From: Candidatus Bathyarchaeia archaeon
GTDB taxonomy: Archaea; Thermoproteota; Bathyarchaeia; Bathyarchaeales; Bathycorpusculaceae
NCBI GenBank assembly: GCA_049512935.1
Contig: JBEKWR010000009.1
Coordinates: 1 to 64,000, forward strand
Direction: 5' to 3'
Length of the DNA stretch: 64,000 nucleotides
The translations under genes were made by a program, and so were the position numbers. Under the pieces are notes generated by a model, which was not told the origin of the DNA, did not search any database, and worked only from the letters and a program-made list of their open reading frames with translations. Positions 20,636-29,509 of this stretch are shown piece by piece (positions within the stretch are counted from its first letter, which is position 1; every line of letters begins with the position of its first letter).

Positions 20636-20813
20636 TGGGTTGGGCGGCATTCTTGATTTAGAGGTTTAATCGTTTGTGGACCGCGGTTTTTGTTTTTTCG
20701 ACATTTCCCCGCGTCTTTCTACACTGCTGTGCATGGCGAGGATAGCTCTGGCGCCTGTCGGGGGCGGAAACATTGAAGCGGCTGTCGGCAAGTTTCTCGG
20801 CAAAGAGCATGGC

Positions 20814-20993
20814 TTATTCGCAACAAAACTTAGAAACTGCTTACCCCAAGAACTAGTTGACCTGCTACAAGGAAGGATTAGCCAAACAGTATTCATGAAA
20901 TTCTACTATAAGCCATTACTCTTAGACGTACAACAAAAAACAATCAAGGCAAAACTACAAACACAGAGTGACTTACTTTTGCAATCTCAATAA
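20814..20993 (+). pseudogene. C-terminal remnant of an SSV-type tyrosine integrase (intC)
   Basis: LFATKLRNCLPQELVDLLQGRISQTVFMKFYY matches the archaeal integrase pattern ATxLR...xDLLQGR...SVF..xY. Upstream sequence does not look like integrase. Confidence 0.72.
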
Positions 20994-21083
20994 GGCATTG
21001 ACTCTGCTTTTTATTCTTATCCAAGTGCTTGAGTTTTAAATAGTAAAAGATACAAAGAGGAGGCTGGGCAAGAGGTAACTACT

Positions 21084-21704
21084 ATGACAGATGATTTAGA
21101 AATATATTGTCCTGAATGCGGCAAGTTGTTTAAGGGAGAGAAAAATATGTTAAAGCATGTTGACCAAGAGCATGTTTTACAGAAGAAGCATGCTAAAGAG
21201 CTAGTGCTAGAAGTTGTTTGCCGTTATCTAGGTGGACACCCAGCATTTACAACTCAAGCAGATGGCGTATTGTCTTTGTATTCTCATCCGGTAGACAAGG
21301 TGGTCTTTCAATCGGACTACTTTGGTTTTGAGATTCCAATAGTCGCTGTTAACAAAGTCAAAGTTGCAGAAGGTAGCGAGATTGATGCTATGAGAGTCTT
21401 GTTAGTTGGGGTCTTGGCTCTAGCTTGGCAGAGAGTGAACAAGATTTTTTACATTGAATTTCAAGATAGCGTCAACCAGCCCCAAACGGTTGTTTTTGAC
21501 CATTCAAACTCTATGGATGAATTTGCGGAGAGTTTAGAAGCAGTTGTGTCAAAAAGTGAAAGAACAAAACCAAAGCCTGCTACGCCTGAAGAGCAAATAC
21601 CAAACAACACAGAAGACCCATTACATATTATCAAGATAAGATATGCCAAGGGAGAAATTACCAAAGAACAGTATGAGGAAATGAAAAGAACTCTTACGTC
21701 TTAG
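21084..21704 (+). CDS. C2H2 zinc finger + PH-like + SHOCT domain protein
   Basis: CPECGKLF...KHVDQEH; YLGGHP beta-rich core; DPLHIIKIRYAKGEITKEQYEEMK (SHOCT). Confidence 0.78.
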   Translation: MTDDLEIYCPECGKLFKGEKNMLKHVDQEHVLQKKHAKELVLEVVCRYLGGHPAFTTQADGVLSLYSHPVDKVVFQSDYFGFEIPIVAVNKVKVAEGSEIDAMRVLLVGVLALAWQRVNKIFYIEFQDSVNQPQTVVFDHSNSMDEFAESLEAVVSKSERTKPKPATPEEQIPNNTEDPLHIIKIRYAKGEITKEQYEEMKRTLTS

Positions 21705-21858
21705 CTATCTGCAACCAGAGCTACTTAAATTTTAACAAATGTAGGTGCACCCAGGGCTTGCTAGGTCAAATACGAAAAACTGTCATAAACAGACGTTGAG
21801 ACCTAAGACCTATCTAGAGGGTTAAGAGAGCAAGCGGAGTTTTTGCAAGCATTAGATT

Positions 21859-22413
21859 TTAGTTACTTTTCCCAAAGGACACGGTTACTCCAAATGCTGT
21901 GATACTGAAATTTGCTTTCGCAATGGCTTTCAAAACATCATTTAGTTTTTTCTTATCCTTTTTCTGAATAGCATCCTTAACAGCTTCTTGGTTGCAACCA
22001 TCCATTATTAGATTTGCCAGTTTGGGAAGAAGGTCACAAAGTTGGTCATTGTCTTTCATTAGTTTAGGGTCATCTATTGCTAAAATGAAGGAATTCTGGT
22101 CAATTTCGGATTTATCTGTAAAAATAATCATTGGAGTGTTCCTAGGACCTAAGATTCTAATGAGGTCCCTGTAACTGGGGTCGCCAATATCCCAGTCAGC
22201 AACAAAAACGTTTTGACCCATGTTTGTGCCCCATACCTTTAGTCTTTGAATCATATCAATCTCGTAATTTCTCTCCATGCCCGAAGGAATGTAAATACAA
22301 TAAACAGGATAACTTGAGGGCAAATCAAGCCCTCGTGCTCCAGATTTGAAACTACAATTAGCAACTTCAGGTTTATAATCAGACTTGTAATCGGGTAAAT
22401 AAGCTTCGGGCAA
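21859..22413 (-). CDS. Hypothetical protein (possible thioredoxin-like alpha/beta fold)
   Basis: 184-aa ORF with GGCGGTGA upstream of the TTG start; no family recognised. Confidence 0.7.
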   Translation of the reverse strand: MPEAYLPDYKSDYKPEVANCSFKSGARGLDLPSSYPVYCIYIPSGMERNYEIDMIQRLKVWGTNMGQNVFVADWDIGDPSYRDLIRILGPRNTPMIIFTDKSEIDQNSFILAIDDPKLMKDNDQLCDLLPKLANLIMDGCNQEAVKDAIQKKDKKKLNDVLKAIAKANFSITAFGVTVSFGKSN

Positions 22414-22666
22414 GATGTCACCGCCTAATAGGTAATGATGATATCAGCGTTTCTTTTATTTAAAATCTATCAGATTTGGTTGCTCCAGTATCTCATATCA
22501 GGTTGGCACTTTAGAAGTCTAAAGCAGTCGCACAGTAGCCTTTTCCTCTTGTCCACAAAGATTTTTCTGGTTACAGATTTGAGCATTGATTTTTTGGAAA
22601 AGTCAGTTCTGAATTGGGTTAGCAGAACGCTGTTAAGGAAGCAATAGAACGAGTGGAGAGAAAAAC

Positions 22667-22975
22667 ATGAAGCTTGTATGTCCAGTTTGTAATAACGTTG
22701 GTTTCTTAGAGGAAAGAGGACAAAGTTTCCGAGTAAAGCATTACTTGGGCTTTGAAAACGGAAAGAGGAAATACACATTGCACAAAGTCACAGCAGAGCA
22801 GGTTAAGTTGGGAATCAATGGGAATCAAAATATGGGAATAAATAATCTTGAATCAAGCTCTATTTCAAGAACAAAAGTGGACTGGGGGGATTTGAACCCC
22901 TATGCAAGTGGAGATATCACCCGCAAATCCTCTTTTTTTATTTTCATAACTAATATTATCTTGAAACTCTATTAA
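22667..22975 (+). CDS. N-terminal fragment of split SSV-type integrase (intN) reading into the att site
   Basis: CPVCNNVG.L.....FRVKHY..., then runs antisense through the tRNA 3'-end duplicate (VDWGDLNP). Confidence 0.7.
   Translation: MKLVCPVCNNVGFLEERGQSFRVKHYLGFENGKRKYTLHKVTAEQVKLGINGNQNMGINNLESSSISRTKVDWGDLNPYASGDITRKSSFFIFITNIILKLY
22835..22900. repeat. att-like direct repeat, copy 1 (tRNA-Ala 3' end plus 43-bp flank)
   Basis: ggaataaataatcttgaatcaagctctatttcaagaacaaaagtggactggggggatttgaacccc, near-identical to 29444-29509. Confidence 0.92.
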
Positions 22976-23148
22976 TTTATTAAGGGCTGATGCAAGGCAC
23001 ATTTATTTTTTCACGTAAAAAGAGATTAAGATTAGCGACCGATTCTTTTTTGTTTTATTTCAATACTCAGATAATTATCAGATAATTTTTGAGGGCAAAA
23101 TTCTAATTACTCCCTTTATGATATAAGCTATGGCTAGAGGCTTGCTAT

Positions 23149-24219
23149 ATGATAACTGAACTTCAAATTCAAAATTTCAAGGGAATAGGTTCATGCCAAA
23201 TTAAAGACATCGGCAAAGTGAATCTTCTTATCGGAAAAAATGACTCAGGCAAATCGACAGTCATGGAAGCTGCGTATTATTTGCTTAGGGAATTGCAGTT
23301 TTCACCTCAGTTGTCTGAAACGATGAACAAGCGAGCTGATGTGGTTAGCGGCGGAAGCCAATTATGGTATAAGTATGACACGGACTCTCAGATAATGATA
23401 TCTGTAGTCCTTGACTCTTTTCGACTTGAGTGGAAAATTTCTTTGAAAACTGACGAAAGAATAAATGACCAAGTTATCACCTCAAGCATAACTGGCGGAA
23501 AGATGCGAATGATCACGCTTGGAGAAGTTCTTTACAGGGCTAGAGACTTTTCATTTGTCTCAGGTTTGGTGTCAGGCAGGGGCCTCCCGACTATGATCAG
23601 TAATTCTCAGGAACCTCCGGACGTCAAGGAACAGCTAGTGCAATTTGCTGGAGCCGTCTCAAACATTGATTGCACCCTTAAATCAAAAGTGCGCGAAATA
23701 GAAAGTATTTTGGCAAAATTCAAAATTAAGCCTGTTTTGGAAATAAAGTTTGGGCAGATACTTAATGACATTTATGGAAAAGGCGAAGAGTGGGAATTCA
23801 TTCCTCAAGTTGAAAACCCTAACGAAAAAAGATTGGCCATACGGGAGACAGGACAGTTAAAATACTTTAGCGGCTTTGGCGATGGATTTAGATCTTGCGT
23901 AGGAATAATAGGAACTGCGCTTGCATCTAAGAACACAGCAATTTTCATGGAAGAAATCGAAAGTCATCAACATGCTGGCTCTATGAAAAAACTCATCAAA
24001 CATCTTGTCGACTTAGCAAGGGAAAACAACTTGCAGCTTTTTCTTTCCTCTCATAGCAAAGATTTGTGGGAATCATTAAATCGCGGAGTATATCTTAATG
24101 ACCCAGAAAAGGAAAAAGCAGAATTCCGTTGTTTCGTAATCGAACGGGATCCCGAAACGGGAAAAGTCACGGCCGAACGTACTGATGACGTCCAAAAAAT
24201 AGATAGAGCACTGAAATAG
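23149..24219 (+). CDS. ABC-type ATPase of the AAA_15/AAA_21 (OLD/AbiEii-like) class
   Basis: IQNFKGI, Walker A GKNDSGKST, FGDG signature, Walker B IFMEEIESHQH, H-loop SSHS. Confidence 0.88.
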   Translation: MITELQIQNFKGIGSCQIKDIGKVNLLIGKNDSGKSTVMEAAYYLLRELQFSPQLSETMNKRADVVSGGSQLWYKYDTDSQIMISVVLDSFRLEWKISLKTDERINDQVITSSITGGKMRMITLGEVLYRARDFSFVSGLVSGRGLPTMISNSQEPPDVKEQLVQFAGAVSNIDCTLKSKVREIESILAKFKIKPVLEIKFGQILNDIYGKGEEWEFIPQVENPNEKRLAIRETGQLKYFSGFGDGFRSCVGIIGTALASKNTAIFMEEIESHQHAGSMKKLIKHLVDLARENNLQLFLSSHSKDLWESLNRGVYLNDPEKEKAEFRCFVIERDPETGKVTAERTDDVQKIDRALK

Positions 24220-24268
24220 CAACAATAAGTCCGAAATAAAGATTTAGAATGTCATAGCGCTCGTTACT

Positions 24269-24640
24269 TCAATAGTTAATGAAAGCTTGTCCTTTTTCCT
24301 TACGTGCTGATATCCTTTCAATTATCAGATTTATCAATCGTTGTTTATCCTTCCATTTTGCCGCAAGCTTAGCGGGGTCAAATCCATTATTACGAATGAT
24401 TATTTTCAATTCTTTAACATCTAATTGATCGAGTTTCTGCCTCAAAGCTGCTGGACCCTCTTCGGAAAGGACTTTTGAAATATCTACCTGTGAATCTTTT
24501 TTAGTTCTCTTGCTGGCAACTAGCACAGGAATATCTTTAATTTCAATGTCATCAAAAATATGGGGATTTTCTTCAATTTTTCCAGCAAGCTTCCTAAGAA
24601 AAGTACTAATTCTTTTTGCTTTTTCCTCACTTTCGGACAT
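24269..24640 (-). CDS. Small helical hypothetical protein coupled to ParA
   Basis: Overlaps the parA stop; LRQKLDQLDVKELK.II...GFDP.KLA.KWK..RLI.LI (HeH/SAP-like); no ParB motifs. Confidence 0.78.
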   Translation of the reverse strand: MSESEEKAKRISTFLRKLAGKIEENPHIFDDIEIKDIPVLVASKRTKKDSQVDISKVLSEEGPAALRQKLDQLDVKELKIIIRNNGFDPAKLAAKWKDKQRLINLIIERISARKEKGQAFINY

Positions 24641-25490
24641 ACTTTAGAAACTCCGACGCTAGAAGTTGGTAATCTTCGTATACTCTACCATAGCCATATT
24701 TTTGTTTTAAGGTGTTCACTTGGGCATCAAATTCAGCTGCTTCTGCAGTTCTGACTGTCAAAGGAATCATTGTTTCAAATACTCGGGGATAATTGCTGTG
24801 GGCTACTTTTCCCTTCAGTTCTCGAATTACTGAATCGTGCAATCTACTCTGAGCTCTATACATTGAAATTATAATTCCGAGAGCCTCTATTCCGATTTTT
24901 GTTTCAGCTTTGAAACTATTAACTCGGTTGAGAATCTGTGGAATCCCATAAGTCGAAAGTATATCAGGTATACAAGGAATTACATAATAATCAGAAAAAT
25001 AAATGCCGTTCAATGTAATTATTCCCAAGTTAGGCGGGCAGTCTATGAGAACATAATCATAGTTCTCTAGAACGTCATTGATTGCTTCTTTTAAGATTGT
25101 TACCGGACTGGCCACATAGAATCGTCCTGCTGAGATCAGAGGTAGCGAATCCTGTATTTCAATCAAACCAAGGCTAGATGGTAACAAGTCAAGGTTGTTG
25201 ATTCCACCGGCAACATTTGAAACTTTTTTAACAATTGCTCTATTTATATCAAACTTTGTAGTTTTTTCCAGTTTATCTTTAAAAAGTTGGAGCAGCGTCT
25301 CTCCGCGTTTATCTTTTGAGAGCCAGGTAGTTTCATCAATAAGGGCCACGGTTGCATTTGTTTGTGGATCCAAGTCGATTAAAAGGACTTTTTTGCGATG
25401 TTCAAGCGCTAAAAACTCAGATAATGCTATTGTCATCTGAGTTTTCCCAACTCCGCCTTTCAAGTTAATTGTACTTATCACTTTGGTCAT
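24627..25490 (-). CDS. parA: ParA/Soj family ATPase
   Basis: NLKGGVGKT deviant Walker A, LLIDLDPQTNAT, YDYVLIDCPPNLG. Confidence 0.92.
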   Translation of the reverse strand: MTKVISTINLKGGVGKTQMTIALSEFLALEHRKKVLLIDLDPQTNATVALIDETTWLSKDKRGETLLQLFKDKLEKTTKFDINRAIVKKVSNVAGGINNLDLLPSSLGLIEIQDSLPLISAGRFYVASPVTILKEAINDVLENYDYVLIDCPPNLGIITLNGIYFSDYYVIPCIPDILSTYGIPQILNRVNSFKAETKIGIEALGIIISMYRAQSRLHDSVIRELKGKVAHSNYPRVFETMIPLTVRTAEAAEFDAQVNTLKQKYGYGRVYEDYQLLASEFLKYVRK

Positions 25491-25639
25491 ATTTTTTCTC
25501 TTGAATCTTTATTATAATTCTAAGTATAAATTAGTTCTCTTCGTTTTTTGTTTGACTCACTTGCTTTTAAAATTACTAAAGCGGTTTAGAGGATCTCCCG
25601 TTCGAATGCCCAATGTGAGGTGAAATCTTAAGTTGAGTC

Positions 25640-27883
25640 TCAAAAATTTAAGCTTTGAAGCTTTGGAACGATTTGAGTTTGTTGATATTTCTTTTTAACA
25701 GATTCTTTCGGCTTAATGTGTTGCGCTTGCTCCTCTATGATTGCGTCGTATATATTATGGTCTTGGCTTGGATCTTCGAGCGTGATAACAACTGCATAGC
25801 GTTGTTGATACTCCAGGCTTTTGATCAATTTCTTGAATCGAACCGTCGGCGTTATTTTAAGCTGCCATTCAGTTCCCCAACCATTGTGCTCCCACTCTAT
25901 GGCATCGGTCTTTACGTTATCCCACGGCTTTTTAAAATATCTATTGAATCTAAAGTTCGTTTGCCTTTGCAGTGTGCCATCTTTAAGTCGCTTAAAAAGT
26001 TGGAAGTCTAAGTCTACTAGTGTGTAGCCATTAACACCCTTGTTGACAGGCGGGTTATACACTAAAGTTATTTTTATCTTCCTTGCCCCAAAGAGTTTCT
26101 TCATGGCAAGAGGTACATAAATTGGAATAAGGGCGACTTCATCGTAGCCGACAGTATCTTCAATTATGTAAGTCGGACGATAGTTCTGGGAGTAAGCACA
26201 ATTCTCAAATTCAGGCAACCCCTTGCCATATAGCGATTTCTTCAAGTTGTCGTCTGCTCTTAAGGAGTAATGGCTTTTTGGGACATCTGAAAAATGAATA
26301 ACTAGTGCTTTGAGAAGATTTGCGCTTGCCTCAGGATATTCCCTATACAGTCGCGCAAGTATATTTGCCACAATTGGGGCTGAGTAGCTAGTTCCTAGGT
26401 CATACGCCAAGTTGTTATTTACACCTAAAGAAATAACGCCTAGCGCGGCATTATGAGAACTGAGTTGCCCGAATGTATCAAGCTCAAGATTACCTGCATA
26501 ACAAACAACGTCGGGCTTACACCTTTTCATAAATTGCCCACGCCTTGTAAAAGGACTGGGCTGACCCGTTTTTGCAAGTGACCTCTTAGTATCCTTGTTA
26601 GCAATTCCTCCAACTGTTATCGCTGTGCTTGCTTCCGCCCCGCTGAAGATTTTACAAGCCTCGTCCTGCAGGTACAACGGATATTTTTGTTGATTAACAA
26701 GGGACTGCAAATTATCCTTGACATTTCCCGTACAAACTACAAATAACACTTCATGCTCATTTGCAAGTTTGTCTATCCTATAGGCCAAGTCAGAAGGCAA
26801 ATCTACGTTACAACATGTCTCATACATTACTGAAAGACTGAAAATCTTAGCTTGAGAATGGAATTGATTCACTGCCTTTATGATTCTTTTTTCTAGATAG
26901 CCATTATCTGATGCTCCATGTATCTTTGCGTTGATAATATTTGCTGAGGCTTGTGCGTCAACAGCATTTTCCAAGTTGCCATATACCGCAAGCCCAGCCA
27001 CGAAGGTTCCATGACCATCCACATCATCTGCATTGTTGTCAGATGAAAAATCTTGAGATTGAGTAACAAGGTTTTGCAAAAAAGGGTGATTTTTTTTTAC
27101 TCCTGTATCAAGCACGCATATTGTTTTGCAATTAGAGATTGGTTCAGTTGGGATCGACGGGGTTTTTACGTCTAAATTTTGTGGCCTTTCCAGTGTTACT
27201 GAGGGTGCTTTTCTCGTTTGCCAGATTGAATCCGTCCCTTGAATTATCGCTTTAATAGTTTGCGGCTTTGCGTAAGCTCGTATCGAAGCAGATTCATCGT
27301 CAATTAAGGAATCAATTATTTTGTCGTCATGCGAAACCAAGAACTCACTAGTTTTCTGAATTAGTTTTTCATAGTAAACTTGCCCCAAGTTAGGAAACAT
27401 TTCTATTTCAATATTGGTAGGTTCCTCAGACCTTATCCAATCTGTTAGGTCTGGAGCAATCTTTTCTATCTTCACAGCACTTATTTCTTCAATTTCGTTT
27501 AGGTAAGTTTTAAGTTCGTTTTTCTCTTTGTATGATTTTATCTTTTCTGTTAATGCCTGAACATCTTTTTTCTCAATGCTCACCACTGCTGAACATTCGT
27601 TCATTTGCAAGGAAAACGTAATGCCTAACGGTTTTAGGATTTTATCTTCTTGTTCTATTGGCTTTCTAGTTGTTAAAACGAAAAATAAGTTTTCAGTATC
27701 TGAAAGCTTGCCTTCAGCCGAAACATCTTTTACACATTTTTCATATTCTTCCTCAAGTTTCTTACCTTTTTCTCCAAAATTTACTTTCTTCTTGTCGGAA
27801 GAGCCACCATATGGTTTACGACGACGTTCAATTGCGTCCGAAGGAACTCTTATGTGCCGTCGGTTTTCCCATCCGTAAGACAT
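25640..27883 (-). CDS. S8 subtilisin-like serine protease (IetS/y4bN-like, cytoplasmic)
   Basis: Triad ICVLDTGV, DGHGTFVAG, GTSYSAPIV; SPFTRRG..KPDVV; LLKALVIH; YGKGLP; ITLVYNPP; no signal peptide. Confidence 0.9.
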   Translation of the reverse strand: MSYGWENRRHIRVPSDAIERRRKPYGGSSDKKKVNFGEKGKKLEEEYEKCVKDVSAEGKLSDTENLFFVLTTRKPIEQEDKILKPLGITFSLQMNECSAVVSIEKKDVQALTEKIKSYKEKNELKTYLNEIEEISAVKIEKIAPDLTDWIRSEEPTNIEIEMFPNLGQVYYEKLIQKTSEFLVSHDDKIIDSLIDDESASIRAYAKPQTIKAIIQGTDSIWQTRKAPSVTLERPQNLDVKTPSIPTEPISNCKTICVLDTGVKKNHPFLQNLVTQSQDFSSDNNADDVDGHGTFVAGLAVYGNLENAVDAQASANIINAKIHGASDNGYLEKRIIKAVNQFHSQAKIFSLSVMYETCCNVDLPSDLAYRIDKLANEHEVLFVVCTGNVKDNLQSLVNQQKYPLYLQDEACKIFSGAEASTAITVGGIANKDTKRSLAKTGQPSPFTRRGQFMKRCKPDVVCYAGNLELDTFGQLSSHNAALGVISLGVNNNLAYDLGTSYSAPIVANILARLYREYPEASANLLKALVIHFSDVPKSHYSLRADDNLKKSLYGKGLPEFENCAYSQNYRPTYIIEDTVGYDEVALIPIYVPLAMKKLFGARKIKITLVYNPPVNKGVNGYTLVDLDFQLFKRLKDGTLQRQTNFRFNRYFKKPWDNVKTDAIEWEHNGWGTEWQLKITPTVRFKKLIKSLEYQQRYAVVITLEDPSQDHNIYDAIIEEQAQHIKPKESVKKKYQQTQIVPKLQSLNF

Positions 27884-28039
27884 TTTAAACAAGTCCTAAG
27901 GCAGCTATATGCAATTAATTATCGTTCATTATATTTGTCACTTTCGTAAAAATAGCTCAATCATTGATTTAATCACTATAATTATCGAAAGTAAATGACC
28001 CCATTTTACAAGACCAAGTTGCTACACCCGTTTCTAGCG

Positions 28040-28534
28040 CTATCTTTCTAAATCGTTTTTAATTAAGTCCCAATGGTTGAAATAATCAGAATAGTCAGTT
28101 GTTTCGTCCCTAATCTCAATTGCCTTTTGTCCTTCAAAATAGAAATAGAAGCGGTAAACTCCATTCTGGCCTGTTGGTTTATTCTTAATTAGCTTCTCTA
28201 AGTCCTTGGTAGGGATTATGACAAATTTGTTTTGGTAACAATCAGGCTTGCTTTTTTCAAATGTGGGCCATTGAGTTACAAACACAAAAAAATCAATTGA
28301 GTTGTTCTTGAAGTCTAGTAAATTGTTTCTGTTAATATCGGTCCAGCCGTGTCCAATTTTTCCCTTACATTCGTGGGTATGAAATTTGCTTTCGCTAGCT
28401 CGAATGAGAATATGATTTTTTCCTTTTTGCACGCCGAAAACGGATCCCTTATTTGATAGAAACTGAATTCTCTTTATGTTGTCTAAAAGGGCTTTTTTGG
28501 TTATGTCTACACCCAGGTTTCCCATTTTTGACAC
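28040..28534 (-). CDS. Hypothetical protein, restriction-endonuclease-like (PD-(D/E)XK) fold suspected
   Basis: DFFVFV...FVIIP..DL and terminal DYSDYFNHWDLI pattern; catalytic motif not clear. Confidence 0.55.
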   Translation of the reverse strand: MSKMGNLGVDITKKALLDNIKRIQFLSNKGSVFGVQKGKNHILIRASESKFHTHECKGKIGHGWTDINRNNLLDFKNNSIDFFVFVTQWPTFEKSKPDCYQNKFVIIPTKDLEKLIKNKPTGQNGVYRFYFYFEGQKAIEIRDETTDYSDYFNHWDLIKNDLER

Positions 28535-28744
28535 CCGTGCTTGTCATGCCCATGCGATAATGTGCCTATTAAACTTACGTTTAGCATTCAATGAACGCTT
28601 AAAAGATTAAAGAAAATGATTTGGCCATAGAGCAAATATTTCAATATTTCAATTTATAGGTTCACGTTTCCGAGGTTAATTGTAGCAAAGAACACGGCGC
28701 TAAGCGGCAAGCCAGAAATGGTAGTAAGCTGCAGTCACTTGGAG

Positions 28745-29293
28745 TTACACGAACATATCCATAAACCTGCTTAATGTTACGTACCCAATTCTAACGACCA
28801 TTTGATCTCTTTCTATTTCTGGATCTTTAGCTCCATGAAAAAGGTTGTTTCTTATGCTATACCAAAACTCAACCATGTTTTCCCAATCTGTTAACGAATG
28901 CAAAACTCCGCATACTAGCGCTTTTTCGCCTGGTGTCTTCTGAGTTAATTTTTCATGTGAACAATTCCAATATTCAATTTCTGACACCCTACTAGGGTTC
29001 CTTGAGACATTACCCAACGGCTTTTTATCTAATTCAAGTTTAAGCTCCTGCCAAGCTAACCTTATTATTGGGTTCTCATCAACTATTCTGAGATATCTTG
29101 ATTTCAAATCTTCGTCGCTCTTTAATTTTTGAATAACGTCCCGGTCGTGAAAAGTTGAGGCTGGGTCGGCAGGGATATACTTTATCGTTTTGAGGTACGC
29201 AATGAACGCCAAGTATTCGAAGATAAATTTTGAGAAATAGTCCTGCTCCGCTGCTTTGAGATGCCAATTCTTTATTAATTGCGAGTAATCCAA
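28745..29293 (-). CDS. HEPN-like (ApeA/MauJ-like) putative RNase
   Basis: YSIRNNLFHGAK (RxxxxH); N-terminal KFIFEYLAF helix. Confidence 0.75.
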   Translation of the reverse strand: MDYSQLIKNWHLKAAEQDYFSKFIFEYLAFIAYLKTIKYIPADPASTFHDRDVIQKLKSDEDLKSRYLRIVDENPIIRLAWQELKLELDKKPLGNVSRNPSRVSEIEYWNCSHEKLTQKTPGEKALVCGVLHSLTDWENMVEFWYSIRNNLFHGAKDPEIERDQMVVRIGYVTLSRFMDMFV

Positions 29294-29443
29294 ATCTATT
29301 CCCTGGTTAACTAAACCTGTTTGTTTGTATCTTAACTTAAAACTTATGTCATTCTCTTACAATAAGGGCATTGGTTGAGCCTACCAGCGATTATCTTCTT
29401 TAAAGTTGGGGGATTGATTCTTGGCGATTAGGTATGCGCGCGC

Positions 29444-29509
29444 GGAATAAATAATCTTGAATCACTCTCTATTTCAAGAACAGAGTGGACTGGGGGGGAT
29501 TTGAACCCC
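29444..29509. repeat. att-like direct repeat, copy 2 (intN remnant plus tRNA 3' end)
   Basis: Matches 22835-22900 with a few substitutions and indels. Confidence 0.92.

Noticed and set aside
22435-22778. ORFs 22435-22647 (+) and 22470-22778 (-)
   Set aside because: No motifs; they overlap intN and the presumed divergent promoter region.
22878-22909. Second tRNA gene or split-tRNA half
   Set aside because: Only a damaged 3' portion with no pairing leader; better explained as an att site.
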